Positions 13,588-25,114 of a DNA stretch of 64,000 bases are shown one piece after another. Made by a program: the position numbers and the translations under genes. Numbering within the stretch: position 1 is the first letter of the stretch; the number at the start of each line of letters is the position of its first letter. Below the pieces are notes generated by a model that ran no database searches, had not been told where the DNA came from, and saw nothing but the letters and a program-made list of their open reading frames with translations. Source of the DNA: Octopus vulgaris (taxonomy: Eukaryota); contig OX597826.1 in assembly GCA_951406725.2 (NCBI GenBank), positions 32,674,001-32,738,000 on the forward strand, read 5' to 3'.

Positions 13588-14969
13588 GATACCTGCTTGC
13601 TAGAGATGGAAGTCAATCGTCCCTAGCCACAATATATGAACAGAGAAGCAGCAGGCAGCCGTTGATCTTGTAACAAGCAAAGCAGCAAGTTTTAAAATCT
13701 CTAAATGAGATATAAGTAGTAACAATACTAGACTGTAACGTTTTTTTTTTTTTGCTACCTCTATAATATGGTTGTTCTATAAAAAAAACTGTTGCAACAT
13801 TTTAATCCCCAGAAAACGTCTTTTGCAGCTGGTCAAAGAAGAAAATGTTGATGTTTATTTCCAGGATAGCATTCAGTGAATGAGGGAAGTGAAGCTGATT
13901 ATCACCTATAGATTCACATTGTGTCTGTAAAGCCTATGGCACAACTGTTTATTTTATAGTTCACTCATTCTCTTCAGTTGTGAAATATATAGTTAACTGG
14001 TTATTTGTTCTACTTAGAAGGGGGACAACAGATGGTGGGCTCTGAGCACACTTAATCTCAGCTCAGAATATATAGAAAGGAAAAAACTGAAAGCATGTGA
14101 GGTTTAAAGCCCTCTCAATTACTTTAAAATTAAATACAATAAATAACCATAGTCTAGTGGAATCTGAGTTGGAAAATTATTGACTAAATTTTGCAAGTTG
14201 TCATAAATTTTCTTCCCAAGAAAGACTTTCCCCAAGACATCAGAATTATTGCATGGCCGCAACATATGCATTGTAAAATTTATTGAAATAAAAAAGATAT
14301 TAATTGACTGCAGTTCATTGACGATATTGGCTCTACATGTTACTTATTGTTTTAAGGGATTTGCATTTTAATATATAATTTGCATTCACATAATATGTCA
14401 CAAATTTATAGTTTAGAGTGTATGATAAAGATGTTTTGTTTTGGTTAAGAGATGGATAGACAAGAGACTGTATGAAGTTCCAGATACAAAATATTTATCA
14501 TTAACAAGAAGGTTACAATGAATAACAGAAAGAAATCTAGCCAATTGAAGCAGTTCAGAAGTTCATGTAAGATGTGTGTCAACAATAACAGTAGACTACA
14601 GCAGTTGTGGAATGGTGTAGCTGAAGTTGTGTGACATATGTTTGTGCAGTCAGTGGTCTTGGCTAGGCTATGACCTCTGTCATCATTGTGGTTCACAAAT
14701 GATGTTTAGTGGTGTAGTTGTTTGCTGATGTTATCATTGTTTGACAGCATCTTTTTGTTATTTAGTTATTATTTGTCTGAGCACAGTGATTTGGGTTCTA
14801 TTCCAAGGCACTCCGCCAAATATTCCTGCTACAAGAGTAACACGAGATTGTGTAATTTTTATTCCTTTCTCGGATTGTGTGAATGAAACAGCAGTTACAA
14901 AACGGACACTAACACAAAGCACTTTGGAAAGAGTTAAAGAGACTGAGTAGTATATAAAAATCGTTTGCT

Positions 14970-15490
14970 TTACTTAGTAAGGATTAGAGGAATAATAAAG
15001 GCAAGGATCTTATTAGTACATCATTAAATGGCTTCTATTTGCTCATAAGTCTTGTGTCTATTTGAATTTCATTATACTTTTATTCCATCACCAAAGTATG
15101 AAGCTGATGTTATTTTATAGTAAAATAACCACATCATCTTTGTCGATTTTATCGAAAATACAACATGATGTTCTTGATAGAAAACATTAGTTTTTTTCCA
15201 TCTTAATGTAGAAATAAGCTCCAGAAAAAGCTATAAGCAATCAATAAATGCAGATCGATTTAAAAAAGATCAAGCAGAATTATTGTGGCATAAACTGATA
15301 GGTCAGAAGAAATTGCACCGTTTCCTTTTTCTTTTTTTTTCATTTCTATCAGTTTTTGTCAATAATGTTGATAAATAAGAAATTACAGTTGTTTAATGAA
15401 TTCTGATACCTGCTGGCAGTTATTAGTATGGTCCACAATTTGAAGATCTTTTTATAAAACAATAAATCACAGATTTTTCACATAAATATA
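14970..15490 (+). repeat. Left arm of a diverged inverted duplication (partner 19235-19690)
   Basis: AAAATAACCACATCATCTTTGTCGATTTT, TTTTCCATCTTAATGTAGA, CTCCAGAAAAAGCTATAAG, AAACTGATAGGTCAGAA and AATAAGAAATTACAGTTG recur as reverse complements in mirrored order. Confidence 0.85.
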
Positions 15491-15984
15491 AAAATTCTCT
15501 ACAAAGTAGAATCGGTAGAAAACAACAATAAAACGGTGGTAAAGCGTGGGTTTTGTCCAGAAGTGTATCAGGGTGGGTGGGGGCGAAGTGGGGCTTGGAG
15601 GGGTTAGGGTTAGGGGAAGAGGGGAAGAGAGGTGAGAGGGCAAAGAGAAGCGAAGAGGAATGAGAGTAAACAAGGGGCGAGTGTGGACGAGGGTAACGAG
15701 GCAGGAAATGTTTTTATGGGTGTGATACTTTTGGGTCTGTTGTATAAGCCTGTAAAGGCTTCAGGGAGCCTGCTGAGGGGCGACAGACTCAAGGCTTTCC
15801 TTGAGCAACACACTAATTACACTGCTGGTTTTGCTCACCATGTACCATTGGCAAAATGGCAGCTCATTTCCTCACATAGAATATATCTTTGACTACAGCA
15901 AGCACACACACACATATATAAAGTGGATGCACTCTGCAGTTCATACCCCACATCTCACACAACCACTACCACATCATACCTATT

Positions 15985-16197
15985 TCTTTATTACCCACAG
16001 AGGGGACAAACAAGGACAGACATAGGTATTAAGTCGATTACATCGACCCCAGTGCGTAACTGGTACTTAATTTATCGACCCCGAAAGGATGAAAGGCAAA
16101 GTCGACCTCGGCGGAATTTGAACTCACAACGTAACGCAGACGAAATACCGCAAAGCATTTCGCCCGGCGTGCTAACGTTTCTGCCAGCTCGCCGCCA
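15985..16197 (-). mobile_element. SINE family B (young, CpG-intact copy)
   Basis: Minus strand GGCGGCGAGCTGGCAGAAACGTTAGC...GAGTTCAAATTCCGCCGAGGTCGACTTTGCCTTTCATCCTTTCGGGGTCGATAAATTAAGTACCAGT: A/B-box-like motifs and a central core resembling the Deu/Nin-type SINE domain (from memory, unverified). Confidence 0.9.
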
Positions 16198-16769
16198 CAT
16201 CATACCACTGCATTAAAGGCAACAAGACCATAGTTGGAAACACTTGCCTAAGGTGCCATGCAATGGACCTGATCCCAAAACCCCATAGTTAGGAAGTAAA
16301 TTTCTTAACTTCACAGCCACACACACTCTATGTTGCCTATATTAACCAAAAATTTCAGTTATCTGCTTTTAACTGAATTATCACCCATTTTTAAAGATTT
16401 TTAAATCCCTTAAGAAATAGTTATTTGTCAGTTGATTAAGGTTTCAGGCTCACTGTATTAAACATGTGAAGGCCAATGGTAAGTATACTCAGAGTACAGA
16501 ATACTATTCTTGAGATTTTATTTACCTCAACCAAATTATTGGTTAATATTCCCCATTCGGCATATCTATGCTTTATGTTCAAGCAAATTGCCTTAAGGTT
16601 TGTAAACGAAGTATGAATATGATCAACATGTAACAGAAATATTAATGGAATTATCTATCATTGCCTGAAAATATTATTACATCAAAAATACAACAAGAAT
16701 GCCAACATATTTTGTCTTGCTGTCTCTAATGTTGACTTATTAATTCTAGATTGTCCTGAGAATGTGTTG

Positions 16770-16856
<87 letters not shown>

Positions 16857-17060
16857 AAATACACTTTATAACTTAAAGCCTAAATTCACTGTGTTTTGTA
16901 TGTAACACTGATTCTTATATATTTATAGATATTATATGATTTTTATCTATTTATATATATCATCATATTTATATATGTAGGATTTAATATTCGTTCTGTA
17001 GATATAAATGAATATATGAATATATGTATGTATATGATCTTTGTGTGTGGATCTTATTAA

Positions 17061-17109
17061 TGTTCGCTTAGTTCCCGCTCGCATTGCCTCTGCTCAAATT
17101 AAAAAGTGG

Positions 17110-17181
<72 letters not shown>

Positions 17182-17400
17182 GTAGCGAATTAAGTGCATC
17201 GCGAGTGTTGTAAACATTATCGACTGCACATACTCAATGTGTGTGTTTGTGTGTTCTGCTTGCTGTTAAGCACCTGAATGGCGACTCCCTCATTACACTA
17301 GGTGTTCTTTCTAACTCGTTGATCCCTTTGAAGTATTTTAACACCCACTGCAATAAGAAAGTCATCCTTCAAGTGCTTTAGTGCAGCAAACCGGCGAACA
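17061..17400. mobile_element. Possible solo LTR
   Basis: Bounded by TGTTCGC...GCGAACA (7 bp inverted TG..CA termini) with a CpG-containing interior; no clear TSD. Confidence 0.3.
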
Positions 17401-17459
17401 AATATACAAATACAGGCATATGTGTATGTATATGTATATATGTGTGTGCATATATATAT

Positions 17460-17639
17460 CTTAAGATCCACAAAAATCAGAACTTAACTGCAGCTGTTGG
17501 TGGTCCAAATCGGATACGCAATCTATGTGGGTGTCTTTTCAATACATCGTCTGGTTTAAAAAGCCACATCAGATGCCATGATGGATCTAAGGTGTTGGTA
17601 CAGTAGGTGGTCAGACTCTGCAAAAGGAGTAGACAACCA

Positions 17640-17642
<3 letters not shown>
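17460..17642 (+). mobile_element. RTE LINE extreme 3' end with C2H2 zinc-finger remnants
   Basis: Translates LKIHKNQNLTAAVGGPNRIRNLCGCLFNTSSGLKSHIRCHDGSKVLVQ*, then a short UTR ending GACAACCACC and a (TA)n tail. Confidence 0.7.
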
Positions 17643-17690
<48 letters not shown>

Positions 17691-17696
<6 letters not shown>

Positions 17697-18477
17697 TACA
17701 TTTTATAAAGGGGCTTAGTAAAATAAATTACTTTGCCACATACTGAACTCATTAGAAATAGCAGCCAAAAAAAAAAAAATTTTTTTTTAGCCATTTCTAA
17801 TACTTAAAGAAAATTTCTCTCAGATAGTGTTTACTCAAAATAGCCCACGAAGGTATGGGGGTAAAACATTAAAAAATCACAAGTGCAAAGATTATTTGAG
17901 AACATACGTTTCTAGATCAGCCAAATACAATTCGACATTTCTTTCGTCAGCTCAAAATTCCTTAATTCGGATTTGCAAACACTGAAAGTAGGAGCATACC
18001 CTTTTGGCGACTTTTCACCTCTGAAGATCCGTTCAGACTAACAGTGCTAACAAATTCAAAATATGCAAGCGAAGAATTTCTGCTCTCCCCTTTCCACCCA
18101 CGTGGGCTAACCTAGCAAACACCATAATTTTATCGGTGAAAACCGAAGCATTAAACAGAGAGAAATGAATTATAATTTCAACAATTGAGGGTAAAATTAA
18201 TTAATTATTAATCAATTTCACCAAGTATTCAGTATGTAAAGGGACCATTTAAGGCGAATTCAAAATATTACATTTTATAAAGGGCTTAGTAAAATAAATT
18301 ACTTTGCCACATACTGAACTCATTAGAAATAGCAGCCAAAAAAATTTTTTTTTTCCCTTTATTTTACTAAGCCCTTTATAAAATGTAATATTTTGAATTC
18401 GCCTTAAATGGTCCCTTTACATACTGAATACTTGGTGAAATTGATTAATAATTAATTAATTTTACCCTCAATTGTTG

Positions 18478-18485
<8 letters not shown>
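17691..18485. mobile_element. Non-coding element with 572 bp period, ~95 bp terminal redundancy and perfect 128 bp inverted segment (Penelope-like architecture)
   Basis: 17691-17788 repeats directly at 18263-18354; 18171-18298 is the exact reverse complement of 18358-18485; (TA)n on both sides; diverged relative at 4348-4435. Confidence 0.75.
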
Positions 18486-18522
<37 letters not shown>

Positions 18523-18699
18523 CAATAATAACTATATAATAACATTTAATGATAATAATATTTACAATGGCGGTGCCCCAAAATGGCCACAGCTCGTGAG
18601 CTGAAAGTAGATAAAATTTTTAAAAAATTAAAAATCTGATTTATTGTACCATGTGACTTTCATAGTTGCTCTATCTCTGTAACTTACAAAGCTTTCAGA

Positions 18700-18766
<67 letters not shown>

Positions 18767-18804
18767 TTCCACACACACACACACACATACACATGCATAC
18801 ATGT

Positions 18805-19210
18805 AGGTGTGGCTGTGTGGTAAGAAGTTTGCTTCCCAACCACACGGTTCCAGGTTCAGTCCCACTGTGTGACACATTGGGCAAGTGTTCTCTACTACAG
18901 TCTGGGGCAAACCAAAGCCTTGTGAATGGATTTGGTAAATGGAAGCTGAAAGAAGCCCGTCATATATATGTGTGTGTGCTTCTGTATGTGTGCATTTGCA
19001 TCTGTATGTGTGCATTTGCATCTGTATGTGTGCATTTGCTCCCTGAACACCGTAAGTTAGTAGATCGGTAAAATGAGACCGATATAATAAGTGTCAGGTT
19101 TAAAAAATAAATAACTACTGGGCCGATGCATTCGACAAAAAAATTCTTCAAGGCTGTGCCCCAGCATGGTCGCAGCCTAATGACTAAAAGAAAAAATAAA
19201 AGATGAAAGA
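18805..19210 (+). mobile_element. SINE family A
   Basis: Same head, body and tail motifs as 11166-11559, with an internal 20 bp unit (CTGTATGTGTGCATTTGCAT) repeated about three times. Confidence 0.85.
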
Positions 19211-19234
19211 TATATACCCGTATAAATATATATA

Positions 19235-19690
19235 AATTATACGTGTGTAGAAATCACTAATTTATTGTTTTATAAAGAATCTTCAAATTATGGACGGTGC
19301 CAATAACTATGAAAATTATTAAAATTCATTAAGCAACTGTAATTTCTTATTGATTTGCATTATTGGCAAAAACTGGCGGACGACAGAAATGAAAAGGTGC
19401 AAAGTTTTCTGACCTATCAGTTTTACACACCAACTATTCGATCTTTTAAAATCAATCTACATCTATTGATTACTTATAGCTTTTTCTGGAGATTTTCTCT
19501 ACATTAAGATGGAAAAGTATTGTGTTGTATATTTTGGAAAAATCGACAAAGATGATGTGGTTATTTTGCAATAAAATAACATGGACTTCATAAGTTAGTG
19601 ATGCAATAAAAATAAATAAATTCAAAGAAACACAAGAATGATATGCTTATAATATCCTTGCCTTTATTACTCCTCTAAGATTTACTTAGT
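19235..19690 (-). repeat. Right arm of the inverted duplication (partner 14970-15490)
   Basis: Reverse-complement match to 14970-15490 with several indels. Confidence 0.85.
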
Positions 19691-20110
19691 ATGACAAAGA
19701 ATATCAATTCTTTCTCGGCCATTTCCAAAGTATTTTACAACTGTCTCTATTTTGAAAAAAATATTTCGTACTCCTCAAAGTGTACAACTTGCAAAAGCAT
19801 TTGCATGCCGGAAGAACTTCTATCAGTCTTGACACTTTGTGTTCAAATTCCATGGAAGTCAACTTCGTCTTTCATATTTTTGGGATTGATGAAATAAATA
19901 TCAGTTGTGCATTGGAATCGATGTAGGCAACTAACTCCTGCCCTCTCCTAATATCTCAGGCCTTGTGCCTCTAGTAGAAAGGATTATTTCATAGATAGTC
20001 CAAGAAAGCAATGGAAAATCAAACACAACACTACCTTTCATTGTCAATAATAATGTGATACACTCTCTGTAAAAGAGACAAGCTCTTAAATATAAATTTG
20101 CAAATATTTG

Positions 20111-20450
20111 AGGGAGTGGCTGTGTGGTAAATAGCTTGCTTACCAACCACATGGGTCCAGGTTCAGTCCCACTGCATGGCACTTTGGGAAAGTGTCTTCT
20201 ACTACAGCCTCGGGCTGACCAAAGCCTTGTGAGTGGATTTGGTTGACGGAAACTGAAAGAAGCTCGTCGTATATATGTATATATATATATAGATATATAT
20301 ATATGTGTGTGTGTATGTGTGCTTGTGTTTGTCCCACCAACATCGCTTGACAACCCATGCTGGTGTGTTTACGTCCCCGTAACTTAGCAGTTCGGCAAAA
20401 GGGACCCATAGAATAAGTACTAGGCTTACAAAGAATAAGTCCTGGGGTCT
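20111..20450 (+). mobile_element. SINE family A (3' truncated)
   Basis: GGAGTGGCTGTGTGGTAAAT... through AAGAATAAGTCCTGGGGTC. Confidence 0.9.
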
Positions 20451-20471
20451 TATTTTTCAATGTTGTTGGTG

Positions 20472-20775
20472 TTATTATTATTATTATTATTTGGGCCACT
20501 GCCTGGAATCGAACTCGCAATCTTGGTGTTAGTAGCCCACGCTCTTAAACACTACACTATATGCCATGCCCATGGGCATATAGCGTAGTGTTTAAGAACG
20601 TAATATGTTTAAGAGCATAATATGTAATAATGACATCGAAAAATACCTTAGGAATGAGAACCCAGGTTCCAAATTTCCCCAAGACACCTGATGAAGGCTG
20701 GAGAGTATATCAGCCAAAACGTTGTGTTAACAACAAACAAGATGAGGACAAATATCCATCAAATGTAAATAACGT
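20472..20775 (+). mobile_element. tRNA-headed, hammerhead-tailed repeat with inverted 5' head (family D)
   Basis: Minus-strand tRNA-like head 20492-20570 (B-box GTTCGATTCC) is head-to-head with a plus-strand head around CCCATGGG; the tail ACATCGAAAAATACCTTAGGAATGAGAACC...CAAATGTAAATAA is shared with 38214-38727. Confidence 0.75.
20683..20728 (+). ncRNA. Minimal type-I hammerhead ribozyme motif
   Basis: GACAC-CTGATGA-A-GGCTG-gagagtatat-CAGCC-(G>A)AAAC-GTT-GTGTT; the paralog near 38265 keeps GAAA, so the consensus is CCGAAACG. Confidence 0.7.
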
Positions 20776-21239
20776 TTCTTTGTCCTGTTAAGTCAGTAAT
20801 TTTCCCTTTTGCTATGTACTAAACTATTACTATCTTCTAGCATAGTAACCATAGCCATTACTTGCAAACAATTATTTCTTGGTAACATGTGCCGTACTTT
20901 CACTAATAATATTAGGTGTCAATTTAATCACAAGCATAGATACCAAATAATCTTCACCTTTTAATTAAGCAGAACGTTAAATATGTGTCTGCTGAAGGGA
21001 AGGGAGAGACGGCTATCCCAGAAGATGACTGGTATTTATCTTTACTTGAAAAAACTGGGGTAATGTGAAATGAAGAGCCCTGCTCAAAAGACCAAATACC
21101 ACAAGGTCTAGGGATCGAACTGATGGCCTTATGTCCATGAACACAACACCTCTTTCCTCGCAGCCACGTGCGCCTTTCCTGTATTAACGGTAAAATGTGT
21201 TAAGTCTGGCTAAAGATGAAGTACTAAAGATGAGTACTA

Positions 21240-21450
21240 GCATATATTTTATTATGAAATATTTCGGTATGAGAAGAGATGATTCCATTCAAGACATATA
21301 AGAATGAAATTTGGTCAATCTCCATGTTTAAGATAACTGAAAATACGATTGTATTTATTGTGTAAAATAATCCTAATCTTTGGAAATTTATTGTTTTCTC
21401 ACAATGGTTTATTTTTGCTTGGTTTTGGTTATAAATTCTTCTTGGCAACT
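21240..21450 (-). pseudogene. Possible very decayed Penelope-like RT fragment
   Basis: FYTINTIVFSVILNMEIDQISFLYVL...FHNKIYASTH loosely resembles the PLE RT motif LNSIHP.IKFTME...I.FLDVL...T.VYRKPTH. Confidence 0.3.
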
Positions 21451-22209
21451 TATCAGACGTGATTTACACTTCCCATCTATTCAATAAACTATTTAACACT
21501 TTCAAATCTTGTGCGAAAGTCTTGGTTATTTATTTTATTTCGATAATCCATTAACATAAAGAACTAAACGTTTGTTATTACATAATTCCTTATCTAACAA
21601 TGGTAAGAAATGGAATGTGGTTTAGAAGTGAGTTTTACATGCCAACAAATGAAATGGTTTCTATAGATATATGAGGCTAACTGCTAACAAGAGAATATAC
21701 GACAAACAAATATACACACAACACTTAATTTATCATCATTTTAATATCTACTTTCCTATGCTTGCATGGGACGAATGCCATTTTAGTCACTGATATACAA
21801 CCGTTTCCAAGTAAGATATTGCCTCACGGCCAGACATGCTTCCATGGAAGGTTTTTAACAAACAACACTACTTATAAGATCGTAACACTTGCTCAAGATG
21901 CTGTGCAATGGGATTGAACCCAGAACAATATGGTTTGGAAAGTTTCTCATCCTGGTCATTTAACTCAATGGTGCAGAGCACTCAGCCGGAGTTTGAGAGG
22001 TACAACGTCTGAATCTCCGTAACAGCTGCTTGTCACATTTTTCTGTCTCTAGGGGTATTTATACTCAATTTTCTGAAAACTCTCTGCACAGCTATTCTCT
22101 GGTTTTCGAGATTTCGTTAATTTCTTTCCCTCTCCCTCTCTCTCTCCTTCTATCTCTCTCACTCCCTCTTTCTTTCTCTCTCTCTCTCTCTCTTTCTACA
22201 TATATGTAC

Positions 22210-22240
<31 letters not shown>

Positions 22241-22342
22241 TGTATGTATGTATGTATCTATCTATCTATCTATCAATCTCCTCTCTCTCTCTCTTTCTCT
22301 CTATGTATATATCTATATATATATATATATATATATATATTC

Positions 22343-22515
22343 GACATGATAGATAACTAGCCACTAAAGCTTTTCTATTTTTCTCCTTGTTTATTTCTGT
22401 GTTCCTTTCTGTAGAAGAGCGTAGGCTTGAAACGTAAAAGATTTTCTCACTTCCCGAGCGTTAAACTAATACATCTGTTTGTTGTTTACACATCCGTCTC
22501 TTTTTTTGTAATTTC
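22343..22515 (+). mobile_element. Short hammerhead-bearing repeat (family E), copy 1
   Basis: Colinear with 40640-40825; contains CTTT-CTGTAGA-A-GAGC-gtag-GCTT-GAAA-CGTA-AAAG at 22405-22440. Confidence 0.7.
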
Positions 22516-22523
22516 TATACATA

Positions 22524-22557
<34 letters not shown>

Positions 22558-22713
22558 TTCGTGTGGGTGCGCGCGTGCGCGTACGTATGTATATGTGTAT
22601 GTGTACATATGTATATGTCTGCGTCTGCAGATTCTATGAATGAAATTTTACTTTCTCCACGCCTATTGGAGTAATTTCCTGTTATTCAACGGATTTTTCA
22701 TAGCATCTTTGTT

Positions 22714-22782
22714 TGTCTTAACTGATGAGATGCTGGAGCAGACTTCAGCCCAGCATCTGAAACTCTGAGTTTTATTATGACA
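22714..22782 (+). ncRNA. Hammerhead ribozyme motif with intact core
   Basis: TAA-CTGATGA-GATGCTGG-(13 nt)-CCAGCATC-T-GAAA-CTCTGAG-TT-TTA: perfect 8 bp stem II, stem III ACTC/GAGT, outer TGTC/GACA pairing. Confidence 0.7.
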
Positions 22783-22914
22783 ACCAACTAATTGTCACAT
22801 ATTATATTTATTTATATGTATGTATATATATATATATATATACATACATACCAGGTGGTGCTATTAAGTTAGACATGGCCTGGGCCAATAATGGCCGAAA
22901 CCTATCAAAGTAAA

Positions 22915-22947
<33 letters not shown>

Positions 22948-22949
22948 CA

Positions 22950-23179
22950 CAAACGAGGTCGTTGCCAATGCCGCTGGACTGACTCCTGTGCAGGTGGCAT
23001 GTAAAAGCACCCACTACACTCTCGGAGTGGTTGGCATTAGGAAGGGCATCCAGCAGTAGAAACTCTGCCAGATCAGATTGGAGCCTGGTGCAGCCATCTG
23101 GTTTGCCAGTCCTCATTCAAATCGTCCAACCCATACCAGCATGGAAAGCAGACGTTAAACGATGATAATGATGATGATG

Positions 23180-23180
<1 letters not shown>
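22950..23180 (+). mobile_element. RTE 3' UTR fragment with (GAT)n tail
   Basis: GTGCAGGTGGCATGTAAAAGCACCCACTACACTCTCGGAGTGGTTGGCATTAGGAAGGGCATCCAGC. Related fragments at 37220-37385 (-), 39272-39500 (-), 40470-40625 (-) and 50295-50520 (+). Confidence 0.85.
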
Positions 23181-23219
<39 letters not shown>

Positions 23220-23539
23220 CACTGTTATCACAACCATTTAGTATCCATCTTCCACACTACCATGGATTTGGTGGATTGAAAGAATATGACTAGATGGAGG
23301 TCTGTCTGCTCTGATATCACCTTTAGCATGTTTCCTACTTTTATCATCAACCCCTGTATGGGGTGTACAGAGACTAAGGATACACGACTTTGGGGAAGGA
23401 GAATAAGAGACAGAGTAGTAAAGTTTTGCACGATGTTCAAAAGGTAATGTATAAAGGGAGGAGTAAAGACAGGTTTGTCGTGAGACTTGTTCAAGACTAT
23501 TTTGCAATTTTCCATGGGTGTGTAGGAGGGCTTGTATGG

Positions 23540-23765
23540 TGCTAGAAAGGGAGGTAGGTATGGAGTGATGCTGTAAAGAAAGATAAACATGGAGTAGCAC
23601 TACTAAGGGTGGTAAACATGGAATAAAACTACAAAAGCAGGTAAATGCGGAGTTGTTCTACAAAGGGAGGTAAATATGGAGAAATGCTATATAAGGGGGG
23701 ATAAATACGGAGTAGTATAAAGGAGGTAAATATATTGCAGTGCTACAAAGGGAGGAAAATGTGGT
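23540..23765 (+). repeat. Diverged ~29 bp minisatellite, ~8 copies
   Basis: Consensus approximately GCTACAAAGGGAGGTAAATATGGAGTAGT at ~29 bp spacing. Confidence 0.75.
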
Positions 23766-24453
23766 GGTGATGTGGTGCCAGATTGTAACCTCAAGGTAAT
23801 ATATCTAAGAAGATGAGTCAAAGACTTCATGTCGACAGTAGAATCATCTTGTGTGTGTGTGTGATTTGTATGCGTAGATAAGCTTTGGTTGTTTGAGAAA
23901 GTCATCAGAACATGTTACAGTCAGATTAAGATATTTATAAAAGAGCAAAATCACAAAAAACCCATACTAAGACAAATTAGGAAAAGTTTCCTGGACACAA
24001 TCAACTCTAAAAAATGCAAAAGGTAAGACCTAAATAATTATTGAAAAGCAATATAACCGAGGAAAAACCTTAATAACTCTGGATAAAGTAATATAAATGT
24101 GTCAGGCTTAGATATCTTCAGAGAAGCAATATAATTCTTTCAAAATTCATATACAAAATCGTAATAAGATTTATTTGTCTTATAAAATCTTACGAAATTA
24201 AGGTTCTATTGAGAAAAGGAAAATTCCTTAGCTTTAAGTCTTGGCTTCTCAATTTCCTGGAGTATATAAATCAATCAAAGTATAATGCATTTGTTAAATT
24301 TTATTTTCTTTTGTCTATTTTTTTTTCATTCATTTATTATATATGTTTTTTAGAATTTTGTTATTTTCTTGCAACTTACTAAAATTTCAAATTTGAGATT
24401 TGACAGATTTGTTCCTGCCCCCAAAACTTTTATTGGTGAAATATGCAAAACAG

Positions 24454-24539
<86 letters not shown>

Positions 24540-25069
24540 CCTATCTATCTCCTTCTCCCTCTCTTTTTTTCACTCTCTCTCTCTCTATATATATATATAC
24601 TTATCTATTTATCTACCTACCTACCTACCTATCGATCTACTTACATGATGAAAGTTACCATTGCTGTCACCACCACCACCACCACCACCAATAACAACAG
24701 CACCCTCCCTACTAACACCACCACCAACATCATTGTTTGTTGCTTTTATTTCCATACACTTAAATGCAAATATGCCTTAATCTTAACAGTTAATATGCGG
24801 CGTTCATGTTAATACCCCATTAAAAGACACCATTGTGATCTCCGTTGCCAAAAATATAATCGAAATCATGGAGAAAAAGATTCGTATATAAATTAACAAA
24901 TGGTAAAAAGCCATTGAAGAAGAAAATGAAAACATCTGAAGAGATGCAGGTATTCGAAATGAGAATATTTCAGCTTTTAATGAATAGATAGAAAATAATA
25001 ATAATAATAATAATGATTATAATGATGATGATGATGGTGGTGGTGGTGGTGGTGGTGGTAGTAGTAGTA

Positions 25070-25114
<45 letters not shown>

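Noticed and set aside
15601-15615. TTAGGG telomeric repeats
   Set aside because: Only two copies within a G-rich tract; too few for an interstitial telomere call.
20492-20570. tRNA gene on the minus strand
   Set aside because: Imperfect cloverleaf, and part of a repeated composite element.
23228-23600. Two overlapping 120 aa ORFs
   Set aside because: No recognisable motif; partly overlaps a minisatellite; probably a decayed repeat.
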